Shown here piece after piece: positions 9,873 to 18,731 of a DNA stretch of 64,000 nucleotides. The position numbers and the translations under genes are program-made. The DNA is from Abditibacterium sp. Lineage in GTDB: Bacteria; Armatimonadota; Abditibacteriia; Abditibacteriales; Abditibacteriaceae. The stretch covers positions 448,001 through 512,000 of the forward strand of contig OZ251992.1 in NCBI GenBank assembly GCA_965246885.1, written 5' to 3'. The first letter of the stretch is position 1, and each line of letters starts with the position of its first letter. The notes under the pieces were generated by a model. That model worked only from the letters and a program-made list of their open reading frames with translations, was not told the DNA's origin and ran no database searches.

Positions 9873-11162
9873 CTAACGCTGCAATTGCGGCAGTATCCGA
9901 TTGGTGCGCGGGTTGATGACGATGGGGCTGGCGTTCTTCGCTTGGGCGTCAACGATGGGGTCAAACGGGCGAATGTTCGGCTTGACTTGGAAGTAAAGCG
10001 GCGGCAGTTTGTAAGCCTTGTTTTTAGCGTCTATCCACGCGGCGGCGTAGCCGAGGTTGTTCGTGTCGTAGTCCACCCACGCGTAGCCGCGCTCCGTCCC
10101 GACGCCGCATGGGTCGCCCCAACCCGTGCCCCACGAGTTTTTAATCAGCCAAGCGTTCTTCTTGTCGCTCCAACCGATGATGAGGATGACGTGATTGACC
10201 GCGTGGTAGCGCGTTTTGCCATCGCCGCCAAGCGGCGTTAGGGTGTTGACCGGCACGTTCTCTTTGAACGCATCGGCGCCGCCCGCGTAGGCTTGGAACA
10301 ATGGCGTGGCGAGCAAAGTAGCGGCGACGGGGCCGTGATCGCAGAGCGCTTCCTTCATCTCATCGCGCGTGGGCAAGCGCAAACCGTTATACCCCGCTTC
10401 GCCTTGGTCGGTGACGTACGCCCAAGCCGACGCGCGGTAGGGCGTGGATAAACCCTCTTTGCACGCCTTTTCGCCGCCGCCATAGGGCAAATCGGCTTCG
10501 CTCGCGGTGCCGTGACTGACGAGGTATTCCATGACCGGCGTGTGCCAGCCACCAGGCGGAAAAGCGCACTTACCCGCGTCGGCGCCGTTATCACCGACGG
10601 CGCAGTCGAGGATTTGCTGCTCGGACAGGTCGAGCTTGTCGCCGTTGCGGATGAGATTCGAGGCTTCGAGCGCGGCAATGGGCGCGAAATCCCAGCACGT
10701 TCCGCACGGGTTCTGATTGCGCACCGCCGTCACGTCGCCTTGGGAGCGCCAGTCGTAACTTTTGAGCTTGGGCGAGGGCTTATATTTGATTTCGCGCAGG
10801 TTATAGCGGCCCACAAAGCTGTCGCGCGCTTGCAAATCGAAGGCACGGAGTTGGTTGCCGATGCGGTTTTGCACCACGCTGCGCTCTTTGATGTCGGGCG
10901 GCACGGTGGCTCCGGCGAGGCTGCTGAGCGGGAAGTCAAGCGCGGGGGTATAGGCCAAATCGAAATTGCGCCCGCTCGCGGCCACGCTCGCGCGCAACCC
11001 GGTTAGCTGGTTTCGGATGGCGAGGGGCGCCGTCAATTCGCGCGCCCGCAAGTCCAAGGTAGCTTTCCCTCTGGGAACAATGCGAATCTGCGCCCAAACG
11101 CCGCCCGCCACCACCACAGAAAACGAGAGAACTCCCGCCCAGATCAGCCGTTTTGTGTTCAT
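9873..11162 (-). CDS. Secreted papain-family (C1A) cysteine peptidase
   Basis: YDWR, VRNQNPCGTCWDF, LSEQQILDC, NHVILIIGW and KNSWGTGWG; signal peptide from MNTKRL. Confidence 0.9.
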   Translation of the reverse strand: MNTKRLIWAGVLSFSVVVAGGVWAQIRIVPRGKATLDLRARELTAPLAIRNQLTGLRASVAASGRNFDLAYTPALDFPLSSLAGATVPPDIKERSVVQNRIGNQLRAFDLQARDSFVGRYNLREIKYKPSPKLKSYDWRSQGDVTAVRNQNPCGTCWDFAPIAALEASNLIRNGDKLDLSEQQILDCAVGDNGADAGKCAFPPGGWHTPVMEYLVSHGTASEADLPYGGGEKACKEGLSTPYRASAWAYVTDQGEAGYNGLRLPTRDEMKEALCDHGPVAATLLATPLFQAYAGGADAFKENVPVNTLTPLGGDGKTRYHAVNHVILIIGWSDKKNAWLIKNSWGTGWGDPCGVGTERGYAWVDYDTNNLGYAAAWIDAKNKAYKLPPLYFQVKPNIRPFDPIVDAQAKNASPIVINPRTNRILPQLQR

Positions 11163-11300
11163 TATGGATGCCAGAAACCAAGAGCGCGAAACGGGGCGGA
11201 GCAGCACTTCTCTACTCCGCCCGTTTCGACGCCGGGTATCTTAACCGATGAACACCCGAATTTCAAGACAGAAAACCCTTAAAATTCCGTCCCTGTTACC

Positions 11301-11981
11301 TCACGGAGCGCGCACGCCCAACTCCTCAAGCGGCCCGCGCCGCGTTTGTCCGAAGTCATCGGCTTGAAAAACTTCATCCGACCCGACTTCGAGCGCCGTC
11401 AACCATCCGCCACCGTGCGCGTAGGTGTCAATACAGACGGCGAAACCCCGGTCAAGTGGGCGCCCGCTTTTTTGACTCGTGTGGCCGACGACGACGCGCT
11501 TGCCGCTTGGGTGCGGCTCGATGTCGTGGATGCCGCGCCATAGTAACCACCATTCGGGCGTGTCTTCGAGCGGCTCTTGACCGCTCGCGCCGTGCACGAA
11601 AATGTGGTCGTTCGACTCCCAAAACAAGCGCGTGCGCGCGAGAAATGCCCAATGCGTCGCGGGAATGTCGTCTAAGCTCAGGGCATCGTAGGATTCGACC
11701 GTCTCCTGTCCGCCAACCTCCCACCAAGAATGAAGCCAACCCCGGTCAACGCGGGCTTTGAGCATCCACGCTTCGTGGTTGCCGCGCAAAAAGATGTGTC
11801 GCCCTTCCCGCTCCAGTTCAATCAATCGTTCGATGACGCCGCGCGAATCCGGCCCCCGGTCAACGTAGTCGCCCAAGAAGACGATCCGGTCGTCGCCGTC
11901 CAAGGGGAGCGAGGCAAGTAGAGAGTCAAGCGCGATAAAGCAGCCGTGAATGTCGCCAACGGCGAAAATGCGAGAAGGCAC
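11301..11981 (-). CDS. Metallophosphoesterase (PphA-like Ser/Thr phosphatase)
   Basis: GDIHG, GDYVDRG, RGNHE and GHT motifs; GTG start inferred because the longer ORF runs through a repeat tract. Confidence 0.88.
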   Translation of the reverse strand: MPSRIFAVGDIHGCFIALDSLLASLPLDGDDRIVFLGDYVDRGPDSRGVIERLIELEREGRHIFLRGNHEAWMLKARVDRGWLHSWWEVGGQETVESYDALSLDDIPATHWAFLARTRLFWESNDHIFVHGASGQEPLEDTPEWWLLWRGIHDIEPHPSGKRVVVGHTSQKSGRPLDRGFAVCIDTYAHGGGWLTALEVGSDEVFQADDFGQTRRGPLEELGVRAP

Positions 11982-12030
11982 GCCGTAGTTTTCCGCATTT
12001 AGAACGCCTGTCGAGCAATGACAGACCTCC

Positions 12031-12098
12031 GCCACTGCTCGGCGCATGTCTGCCACTGCTCGGCGCATGTCTGCCACTGCTCGGCGCATGTCTGCCAC
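12031..12098. repeat. 21-bp tandem repeat x3.2 within a longer degenerate 21-nt periodic tract
   Basis: gccactgctcggcgcatgtct at 12031, 12052 and 12073. Confidence 0.9.
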
Positions 12099-12248
12099 CG
12101 AAAGACGGACGGAGGTGGCGCCTCGCCAGACATCGCTCAATAGTTCGCACAACTCTGTTTTTCTATCACTAAGAATATCCAAAGGTTTTCTTAATGGCAA
12201 CCCTCATGCATTTGGGTTGGCGCCTCGTTGTGTGCGGGGCGAACTGAA

Positions 12249-12782
12249 ATGCAAACCAAACACCTCTTTTTGCGCGATGCGCGCGTATTGGCTTTGACTG
12301 TCATCTGTGTGGCAACGGGCGGGGCGCTGGCTTTGGCCGTGCCCGCAATGGCCCAACCCGCCGCTTCCGCGCCGCGCGCCGAAGTGAAGGCCGAACTCAA
12401 AGCGTTCAAGGTCGCAGGCGACAAGCTCGTGGCCGCCGACAGCGCCAATCCCGGCGACGTCATCGAATATCAAGCCCGCTACACCAATGTGGGCGGCGCC
12501 CCGGCACAACGCTTTTCGCCGCAACTGCCTGTGCCCACTGCCTTAGTCTACGCGGGCAACTCGGCACTTCCGTCCGGCTTCTTGGCCACCACCGACGGCA
12601 AGAACTTCGCCCCGGCTCCGCTTATGCGCGCTGTGCGCAAGGCTGATGGCACCACTCAACTGGTCGCCGTCCCGCTCCGCGCGTACCGCGCCCTGCGCTG
12701 GCAACTGGGCACCCTTGCACCCGGCCAATCGGTCACCGTCCGCGCCCGCGCTCGCGTTAAATCCTTCGCCGACGGCAAGTAA
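12249..12782 (+). CDS. Secreted single, incomplete DUF11-like domain protein
   Basis: Signal peptide (PAMA|Q); PGDVIEYQARYTNVG and WQLGTLAPGQSVTV motifs. Confidence 0.75.
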   Translation: MQTKHLFLRDARVLALTVICVATGGALALAVPAMAQPAASAPRAEVKAELKAFKVAGDKLVAADSANPGDVIEYQARYTNVGGAPAQRFSPQLPVPTALVYAGNSALPSGFLATTDGKNFAPAPLMRAVRKADGTTQLVAVPLRAYRALRWQLGTLAPGQSVTVRARARVKSFADGK

Positions 12783-12971
12783 GCAAAACGGCTTCCTGAA
12801 AGCCCCGCTCAGGCAAAGGCAACAACGCGCCAATACGTGACTTCGACAGTCACCAGCGTCGCGTTGCCCCCGCGAACGGGCTTCTAAAGCCACCCTGACT
12901 ACGTTTTGATCGCTTCGCCATTGGTTTGCCGCACTGCCACTGCGAGCGTCTTCAAATTTTTCAAAAATCCC

Positions 12972-15608
12972 ATGCAGACTCAAACACGCCGCCCCATTTT
13001 ACGCGGCTTCTTGATCCCGCTTGCGCTGTGCGCGAGTGGGTTGCTGGCGCCGTCGGCTCACGCTCAGTCGACCGCGCCAGTTGCTGGCACTACCATTGGC
13101 AACAAAGCGTCGGCCACCTATACCGACAACGCCAATGTGTCGCGCTCCACGCTGTCGAACACCGTTTCGACAACTGTCACCCAAGTGCCCGCCGTTAACC
13201 TGACCGCTCCCCGCAACATTCGCGGCTATCCCAGCGCTCCGGTCAACTTCTCGCACACCGTCACCAACACCGGCAACGGCCCCGACTCCTTCAACCTCAC
13301 GGCAGTGTATGGCACCGGCACCAACGTGTCGCCGCTTTCCATCTACGCGGACGCTAACGGCGACGGCATCGCCGACAACAACACGCCCATCACGGTTTCC
13401 CCGACGTTGCAACCGGGCCAGTCCTACTCCTTCGTCGTCACGGGCACCATCCCCGGCAGCGCCACTGCTGGCTCGACGGGCACCATCACCGTTGGCACCT
13501 CGTCCGTCACCAACTCCGGCGTTACCGGCTCCAACACCGACACGGTGACGGTCTCGACCAACGCCAACATCGTCTTGCGCAAGTCGGTTTCGCTTTCTTC
13601 CGGCGCGCCCAGCGATACCACGCAATACACCTACACCCTGTCGTATGTGAACAACTCGCAAAAGACGGCTGGCTCGACGGTCATCACCGACACCATCCCG
13701 ACGGGCCTCAAGTACGTTCCCGGTTCGGGCGTTTGGCAGGGCAACGCCTTGACGGACATCTCGACCGATACCGACGCCACCATCACCAACTCGGACGCCA
13801 CCACGTCCACGATCAAGTTCTCCGAAACCGGACAAAACGTGAGCGCCACCATCAGCAGCGTTCCGCCGGGTCAGGGCGTCATCACGTTCAAGTTTACGGC
13901 CCCCGCCGTCACCGCTCCGGGCGTGTACAACAACACGGCGAACATCTCGTATGACGACGGCAGCGGCTCGCCCACAGCCGTTACGGATGTCTCGAACACC
14001 GTTCCCTTTACCGTCTCTTCGAGCGTGGCCTTCACCTTCACCGGGCCGCCCGCCATCCCCAGCGCGCCCCAAGGCAGCACCGTCTCGTTCAACAACACGT
14101 TGACCAACAACGGCACCGGCACGGACACCTTCAACATCACCCTCGTTCCGCCCGGCACCGGCGCGTTCCCCGCAGGCACCACGTTCCAACTGTATAAGTC
14201 CGACGGCGTCACGCCCTTGCTCGACACCAACGGCGACGGCATCCCCGACACCGGCCCCGTTGCCAGCAAAGGCACCTACGTCGTCGTGTTGAAGGCGCTC
14301 TTGCCTTCGGGCGCTACGGGCGGCCCCTTCGAGATGGACAAAGTCGCCACTTCGATCACCGACAAGTCCACGCAAACCGCGCAGGACAAACTGACGGTCA
14401 TCAAAGCCTCTTCGGTGGACTTGACCAACTTGGACAACACCAGCGCCGTCATCCCGGCCACCAGTGGGCCTTTCGTCGCTGGCAGTGGCGCGACCATCAG
14501 CTTGTCCGGCAACCCCGGCTCCACGCAAATCTACCCGTTGCGCGTCATCAACAATGGCCCTGCGGGAACCACCGACTCCTTCGCGCTGAGCGTTTCCACG
14601 CTCGCCCCCGGCGCCACCGGCTTCCCCGGCGCCTTGCCCGCAGGCTACACCGTCGTTTACCGCGACAAGACCACCGGCCAAGTCCTCTCCTCCGTTGACA
14701 ACTTGGCGGGCGGCGGCGGCACCCGCGACGTTCTCGCTTATGTGACCATCCCCACCACTGCGGTTGGCGGCACTTCGGTTGACCTCTACTTCAAGTCGGC
14801 CTCGCCCACGAGCGGCACCAACGACACCGTCTTCGACCGCGCCACCGTTAATGTTATCCGCAGCATCTCGGTCAAAGACAACAACTCCGGCCAAGTCGCT
14901 CCCGGCGGCTCCGTCACCTACTTGCACACCATCACCAACACCGGCGATGTTCCCGAAACCATCATCAGCGTGACCAAAGCGGGCGACGCCAACGGCTTCT
15001 CGTCGGCCCTCTATCCCGACACCAACGGCAACGGCGTCCTCGACCCGGCAGAGCAAGCCACCCCGCTCACCACAGTTGGCCCGCTCGCTCCCGGTCAATC
15101 GGTCGGCGTGTTCGTGAAAGTCTTCGGCCCCGTTTCGGCCACGCAGGTCGGCGGCGTCAACACCACCACGCTCACCGGCACGCTGTCGGCCAACTCGACC
15201 GACACCACCTACACGGCAGGCACCATCAACGGTAGCTCGACCGACTCCACCACGCTCGTCTTTGGCGACGTGAAACTGGACAAGCAGCAATCGCTCACCG
15301 GCGTCGCTGGCTCGTTCGTTCGCTCGAACCTCGCTGTTGGCCCCGGCGGAACGATCTACTACCAGATCACCGTCACCAACACCGGCACCGCGCCCGTGAC
15401 CAGCGTTGTCGTCAACGACGCCACCCCCGCTTACACGACGGCTTTGGCCGCGCCCGCCCCGTCCTACACCGACAAAACCGGCGCAGCAGTCACCACCGGC
15501 ATCACCGCGCCCGCCGCTAACGCCGCCGGTTCCTACACCTTTCCGGTCGGCACCCTCGCGCCAGGCGCGTCCTCGACCATCGTCTTCGCCGTGAAAGTCC
15601 AAGGCTAA
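12972..15608 (+). CDS. Secreted DUF11/Ig-repeat protein, putative fibre subunit or adhesin (878 aa)
   Basis: Signal peptide (SAHA|Q); Thr/Ser/Gly-rich; repeated TNTG and LAPG motifs; three DxNG[DN]G Ca-loop-like motifs; no C-terminal anchor. Confidence 0.85.
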   Translation: MQTQTRRPILRGFLIPLALCASGLLAPSAHAQSTAPVAGTTIGNKASATYTDNANVSRSTLSNTVSTTVTQVPAVNLTAPRNIRGYPSAPVNFSHTVTNTGNGPDSFNLTAVYGTGTNVSPLSIYADANGDGIADNNTPITVSPTLQPGQSYSFVVTGTIPGSATAGSTGTITVGTSSVTNSGVTGSNTDTVTVSTNANIVLRKSVSLSSGAPSDTTQYTYTLSYVNNSQKTAGSTVITDTIPTGLKYVPGSGVWQGNALTDISTDTDATITNSDATTSTIKFSETGQNVSATISSVPPGQGVITFKFTAPAVTAPGVYNNTANISYDDGSGSPTAVTDVSNTVPFTVSSSVAFTFTGPPAIPSAPQGSTVSFNNTLTNNGTGTDTFNITLVPPGTGAFPAGTTFQLYKSDGVTPLLDTNGDGIPDTGPVASKGTYVVVLKALLPSGATGGPFEMDKVATSITDKSTQTAQDKLTVIKASSVDLTNLDNTSAVIPATSGPFVAGSGATISLSGNPGSTQIYPLRVINNGPAGTTDSFALSVSTLAPGATGFPGALPAGYTVVYRDKTTGQVLSSVDNLAGGGGTRDVLAYVTIPTTAVGGTSVDLYFKSASPTSGTNDTVFDRATVNVIRSISVKDNNSGQVAPGGSVTYLHTITNTGDVPETIISVTKAGDANGFSSALYPDTNGNGVLDPAEQATPLTTVGPLAPGQSVGVFVKVFGPVSATQVGGVNTTTLTGTLSANSTDTTYTAGTINGSSTDSTTLVFGDVKLDKQQSLTGVAGSFVRSNLAVGPGGTIYYQITVTNTGTAPVTSVVVNDATPAYTTALAAPAPSYTDKTGAAVTTGITAPAANAAGSYTFPVGTLAPGASSTIVFAVKVQG

Positions 15609-15638
15609 GACCAACCGGGCGCCCAGCGCGCTCAAACC

Positions 15639-15670
15639 AAAACCCCCGGCTCGAAAGAGCCGGGGGTTTT
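15639..15670. terminator. Bidirectional intrinsic terminator
   Basis: aaaacccccggctc-gaaa-gagccgggggtttt between convergent genes. Confidence 0.9.
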
Positions 15671-15688
15671 GTTCGTTTTGGGCAGCCT

Positions 15689-17272
15689 TTAAAACTGCTC
15701 GCGCGCTTCCACGCCCAGCACGCGCAATGCCGCCGTCGCGACGTTGCCCGCCGCGCGCAGCAATTCGAGCCGCCGCGTTGTGGGCGCGAGCGAGGGCGCG
15801 TTGTGGCGCGACAATTCGCGCGCCGCCCGCGCCAATTGGCCCACGAAGTCGGCGACTTTGTGCGGCGCGCGCTCCGATGCGGCGCTCTCCAGACAGTCTG
15901 GCCACAGCGCGACCAAGCGCGCCAGTTCCCGCTCGCCCGTGCTCCACTCGCCGCTTTCTGACGCGGCGGGCGCGCGGCCTTCGAGGGCGCGGCGCATCGT
16001 CGCCAAGCGCGACGGGAGCAATTGTGCGGCGTAAGCGGGGTTCGATTCGTCGTCGCGGGCGGCGATTTCCAAGTCCACAACGGCAGTCTTGCTCGCGGGC
16101 TTGGCGCAAAAGAACCAGCGCAGCGTGTCGGCGCCGACCTCTTCGATTTCCTCGTCCAACACGAGCGGTCCGCCGCCCAAGCCCAGCCGAATCGGGGCGC
16201 CGTCGCGCTCCAAAGCGGCGTCTTCGACGGTGACGAACTCGACCTTGCCCTCGTCCAACCCCGCCGCGCGCAATGCCGCTTTGGTGCGGGCGATGTAGGG
16301 CTTGTGGCCCGCGCTCCACACGTTGAGGATGGCGTCAAAGCCGCGCTCGAACTTCCAAGCGTGATAGGCGACATCGCCCGCGAAGTAGGTGGCGCGGCCC
16401 GTCGCGCGCCGGAGCACGCGGTCGGCGTCGTCGCCAAACTCGGTCGTGCGGAGCCACAACGCCCCGTCGCGCTCGTAGGTGGTGCCGCGCGCGGCGAGCA
16501 TTTCCAAGGCGCGGTCAAGGTGCCCGTCGCGCGCGAGATCGGACTCGCGCACCCACGAATCGAAGCGCGTCCCGAAGCGTTCTAAGGAGGACTTTTGCAG
16601 TTCAACGGCGCGCTCCAAGGCGAACTGCGTGGCGGCTTCCAGCCGTTCTTCGACGGGAACAGCGAGCCACTTCGCGCCGTCGCGCCGCGCCCATTCGCCG
16701 CCGAGGGTGCGCGCAAAAGCGCCCGGAGCGGGCGCGTTTTGGCCAAAAGCGTTCTGATAGGCGCCCCAAACTTCCTCGCCTAAGGCGCGCAGTTTGGGGC
16801 TACTGGTTTGGTCGTTGAGGTAGAACTCGCGCGAAACGCGCGCCCCGGCGCCTTCGAGCAAGCGGCACAAAGATTCGCCCCACGCCGCGTGCCGTCCGGC
16901 GCCCAAAGGAAGCGGGCCGGTCGGGTCGCTGGACACGTATTCGACCAAAATGCGTTGCCCCGCGAGCGCGTTCGAGGCGCCGTAGTGCGCGCCCTCGCGC
17001 GTGGCGCGTTCGAGTTCGGAGAGAAAGTGTTCGTCGCTCATGTGAAATTGCAGCCTGCCAGCCTCGAAAACAACGCGGCCCGCCCAATGGGGGCCGAGCC
17101 GTTGGATGGCAGTTTGCCCGATTTCGTCAGAGGAACGCCCGGTCGTTTGAGCGCTATGGAGAGGGAAATTGGAAGAGAACTCCCCCCACCGTGCGTCGGG
17201 GGCGACGGAAACAACGGCATCGGGCGCGTCCAAGACGCGGGCGAACAGGGCGCGCAGGCGGGAGCGGGTCAT
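15689..17272 (-). CDS. Arginine--tRNA ligase-like protein with degenerate HIGH and KMSKS motifs
   Basis: ArgRS architecture (VEYVS.DPTGPL, FGDDADRVL, TYFAGDVAYH, DALR-like C-terminus) but HIGH is PLGA and KMSKR is RLGLG. Confidence 0.8.
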   Translation of the reverse strand: MTRSRLRALFARVLDAPDAVVSVAPDARWGEFSSNFPLHSAQTTGRSSDEIGQTAIQRLGPHWAGRVVFEAGRLQFHMSDEHFLSELERATREGAHYGASNALAGQRILVEYVSSDPTGPLPLGAGRHAAWGESLCRLLEGAGARVSREFYLNDQTSSPKLRALGEEVWGAYQNAFGQNAPAPGAFARTLGGEWARRDGAKWLAVPVEERLEAATQFALERAVELQKSSLERFGTRFDSWVRESDLARDGHLDRALEMLAARGTTYERDGALWLRTTEFGDDADRVLRRATGRATYFAGDVAYHAWKFERGFDAILNVWSAGHKPYIARTKAALRAAGLDEGKVEFVTVEDAALERDGAPIRLGLGGGPLVLDEEIEEVGADTLRWFFCAKPASKTAVVDLEIAARDDESNPAYAAQLLPSRLATMRRALEGRAPAASESGEWSTGERELARLVALWPDCLESAASERAPHKVADFVGQLARAARELSRHNAPSLAPTTRRLELLRAAGNVATAALRVLGVEAREQF

Positions 17273-17279
17273 GAGAGAC

Positions 17280-17384
17280 AGCGAATAAATTCGCAGCCAG
17301 CGAGGTCGTCGGCCTTCGCCGACGGCGTTTCAGTTACTACGTCGGCGAAGGCCGACGACCTCGCTGGCTGCGAATTTATTCGCT
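17280..17384. repeat. REPIN-like palindrome (perfect 45-bp arms, 15-nt loop)
   Basis: Arms 17280-17324 and 17340-17384; contain gcgaataaattcgc and gtcggccttcgccgac sub-hairpins. Confidence 0.88.
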
Positions 17385-17390
17385 CGCCAT

Positions 17391-18668
17391 TCACCGGCCC
17401 CAAACCGTCGCAGCAAATTGAAACAGCGCCGTGAACGCCGCGCCGCCCGCAAGCGAACCCGCGAACGACCACATCATGCCCGCGTTCAGCAGTCGCAGCG
17501 GCGAGCGCGAGGTCATAAACGGCGTGTTCTGATAGTGCGCCATCAGTTGCTGCGCCGCGCGGATGCCCGATTCCAACTGCTTCTTCGAGGCGGGGCGCGT
17601 TGTGAACAGCACTTGCAGCACGTCGCCAAACGAGCGCCACACGAAGAAGGTGAAGATGAGTAGCCCCAGAATCCAGTCGGGCGTGAGCGCCGAAAGGTGC
17701 GTGATGCCCACGTAAATGAGGCCCGCAATGGCCATCAGGTTCGTGCCGCAACGCGGGTGGGCGCGCGGCATCTTGGCCACGTTTTCCGGCGTGAGCGGCA
17801 GGCCGCGTTCCAAAGCGTGGACGGTCTGATGCTCCGCCGCATGCACGCCCGCCAAGGGCGTGAGGCGAAACATCAGCAGAAAGAACAGGGCATGCAACCC
17901 CGCGAAGAAGGTGTTGAGCAGGTTGGCCGAATCGTTTTGCAAACCCAAGCGCCCCGACAGCACGAGCATGCCGAACTCCGGGTTAATGGCGCGCGCCACG
18001 AAATAAACCGCCAACTGCGCGATATAAAAGAACGCGGCGATGGTGAGACCCGACAGAAACAGCCCGAAAGCGGATACCCCACCCGTCAAAACGCCGTCGG
18101 TCAGCCACACGCCGAGGGGCGTCGCCATGCCACCGACGACGGGCGGGCGGACATAGCCGGTCAGCGCCGACAAAACGTCGGCCCGCGACAGCATGCCGAG
18201 GTATCTGTTCGCCTCGTCTAAGACGGGCAGCGACCCCAATCCGGCGCGGTCGAACGTCAAGAGGGCGTTGGGCAGGGAAAACTGCGCGGGCACGAACGGC
18301 ACTTCGACGCGCATCACGTCGCGCGCTTTGAGTTCGCGCAGCGTATCGAGGGGCGACGGCGGCGCGCTGGCGAGCGCCTCGCCGTCTTGCTCGACCAAAG
18401 CGTTAGCGCCGTGCCCATTGAGCGAGGCCACCTCGCGCGTCGGAGCGAAGACGCGCGCCGAAGCCGTCGCTAAGTCGTCTTGCGTGATGATTCCCACCAA
18501 CCGCGCGCTTCGCTCGGAAAACTGCGACCTATCGGGCGTGACCCGATCTAACACCGCGACGACCCCGCCATTCGATTCACGTAAATTCTCCGCGACTAAT
18601 CCCAAAGCGGTATCCGCTTGCACCACCGGCGCGCGCCGCGCCAACTGGACGGCCAAAGTAAAAGGCAT
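17391..18668 (-). CDS. CBS-domain + DUF1385 membrane protein
   Basis: ARDVM...LPVLDE...LGMLSRADV (CBS); HAAEHQTVHALE and HPRCGTN (DUF1385); several TM segments. Confidence 0.8.
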   Translation of the reverse strand: MPFTLAVQLARRAPVVQADTALGLVAENLRESNGGVVAVLDRVTPDRSQFSERSARLVGIITQDDLATASARVFAPTREVASLNGHGANALVEQDGEALASAPPSPLDTLRELKARDVMRVEVPFVPAQFSLPNALLTFDRAGLGSLPVLDEANRYLGMLSRADVLSALTGYVRPPVVGGMATPLGVWLTDGVLTGGVSAFGLFLSGLTIAAFFYIAQLAVYFVARAINPEFGMLVLSGRLGLQNDSANLLNTFFAGLHALFFLLMFRLTPLAGVHAAEHQTVHALERGLPLTPENVAKMPRAHPRCGTNLMAIAGLIYVGITHLSALTPDWILGLLIFTFFVWRSFGDVLQVLFTTRPASKKQLESGIRAAQQLMAHYQNTPFMTSRSPLRLLNAGMMWSFAGSLAGGAAFTALFQFAATVWGR

Positions 18669-18731
18669 CCAATGTCCAACGAACCGAGCGCGCGGAAGTC
18701 GCACCCGAAACGATAAAAATGCCCGTGCCTC

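Noticed and set aside
12031..12098. Possible CRISPR array
   Set aside because: Units are directly adjacent 21-mers with no unique spacers, and no cas genes are present
12810..12900. c-di-GMP-I riboswitch
   Set aside because: Only GGCAAA and CTAA words match; the GAAA tetraloop stem and GACGCAAA junction are absent
12999..16319. 1106-aa minus-strand ORF and other long antisense ORFs (e.g. 24384-25925, 49021-50739)
   Set aside because: Shadow frames of real high-GC genes; no recognisable motifs
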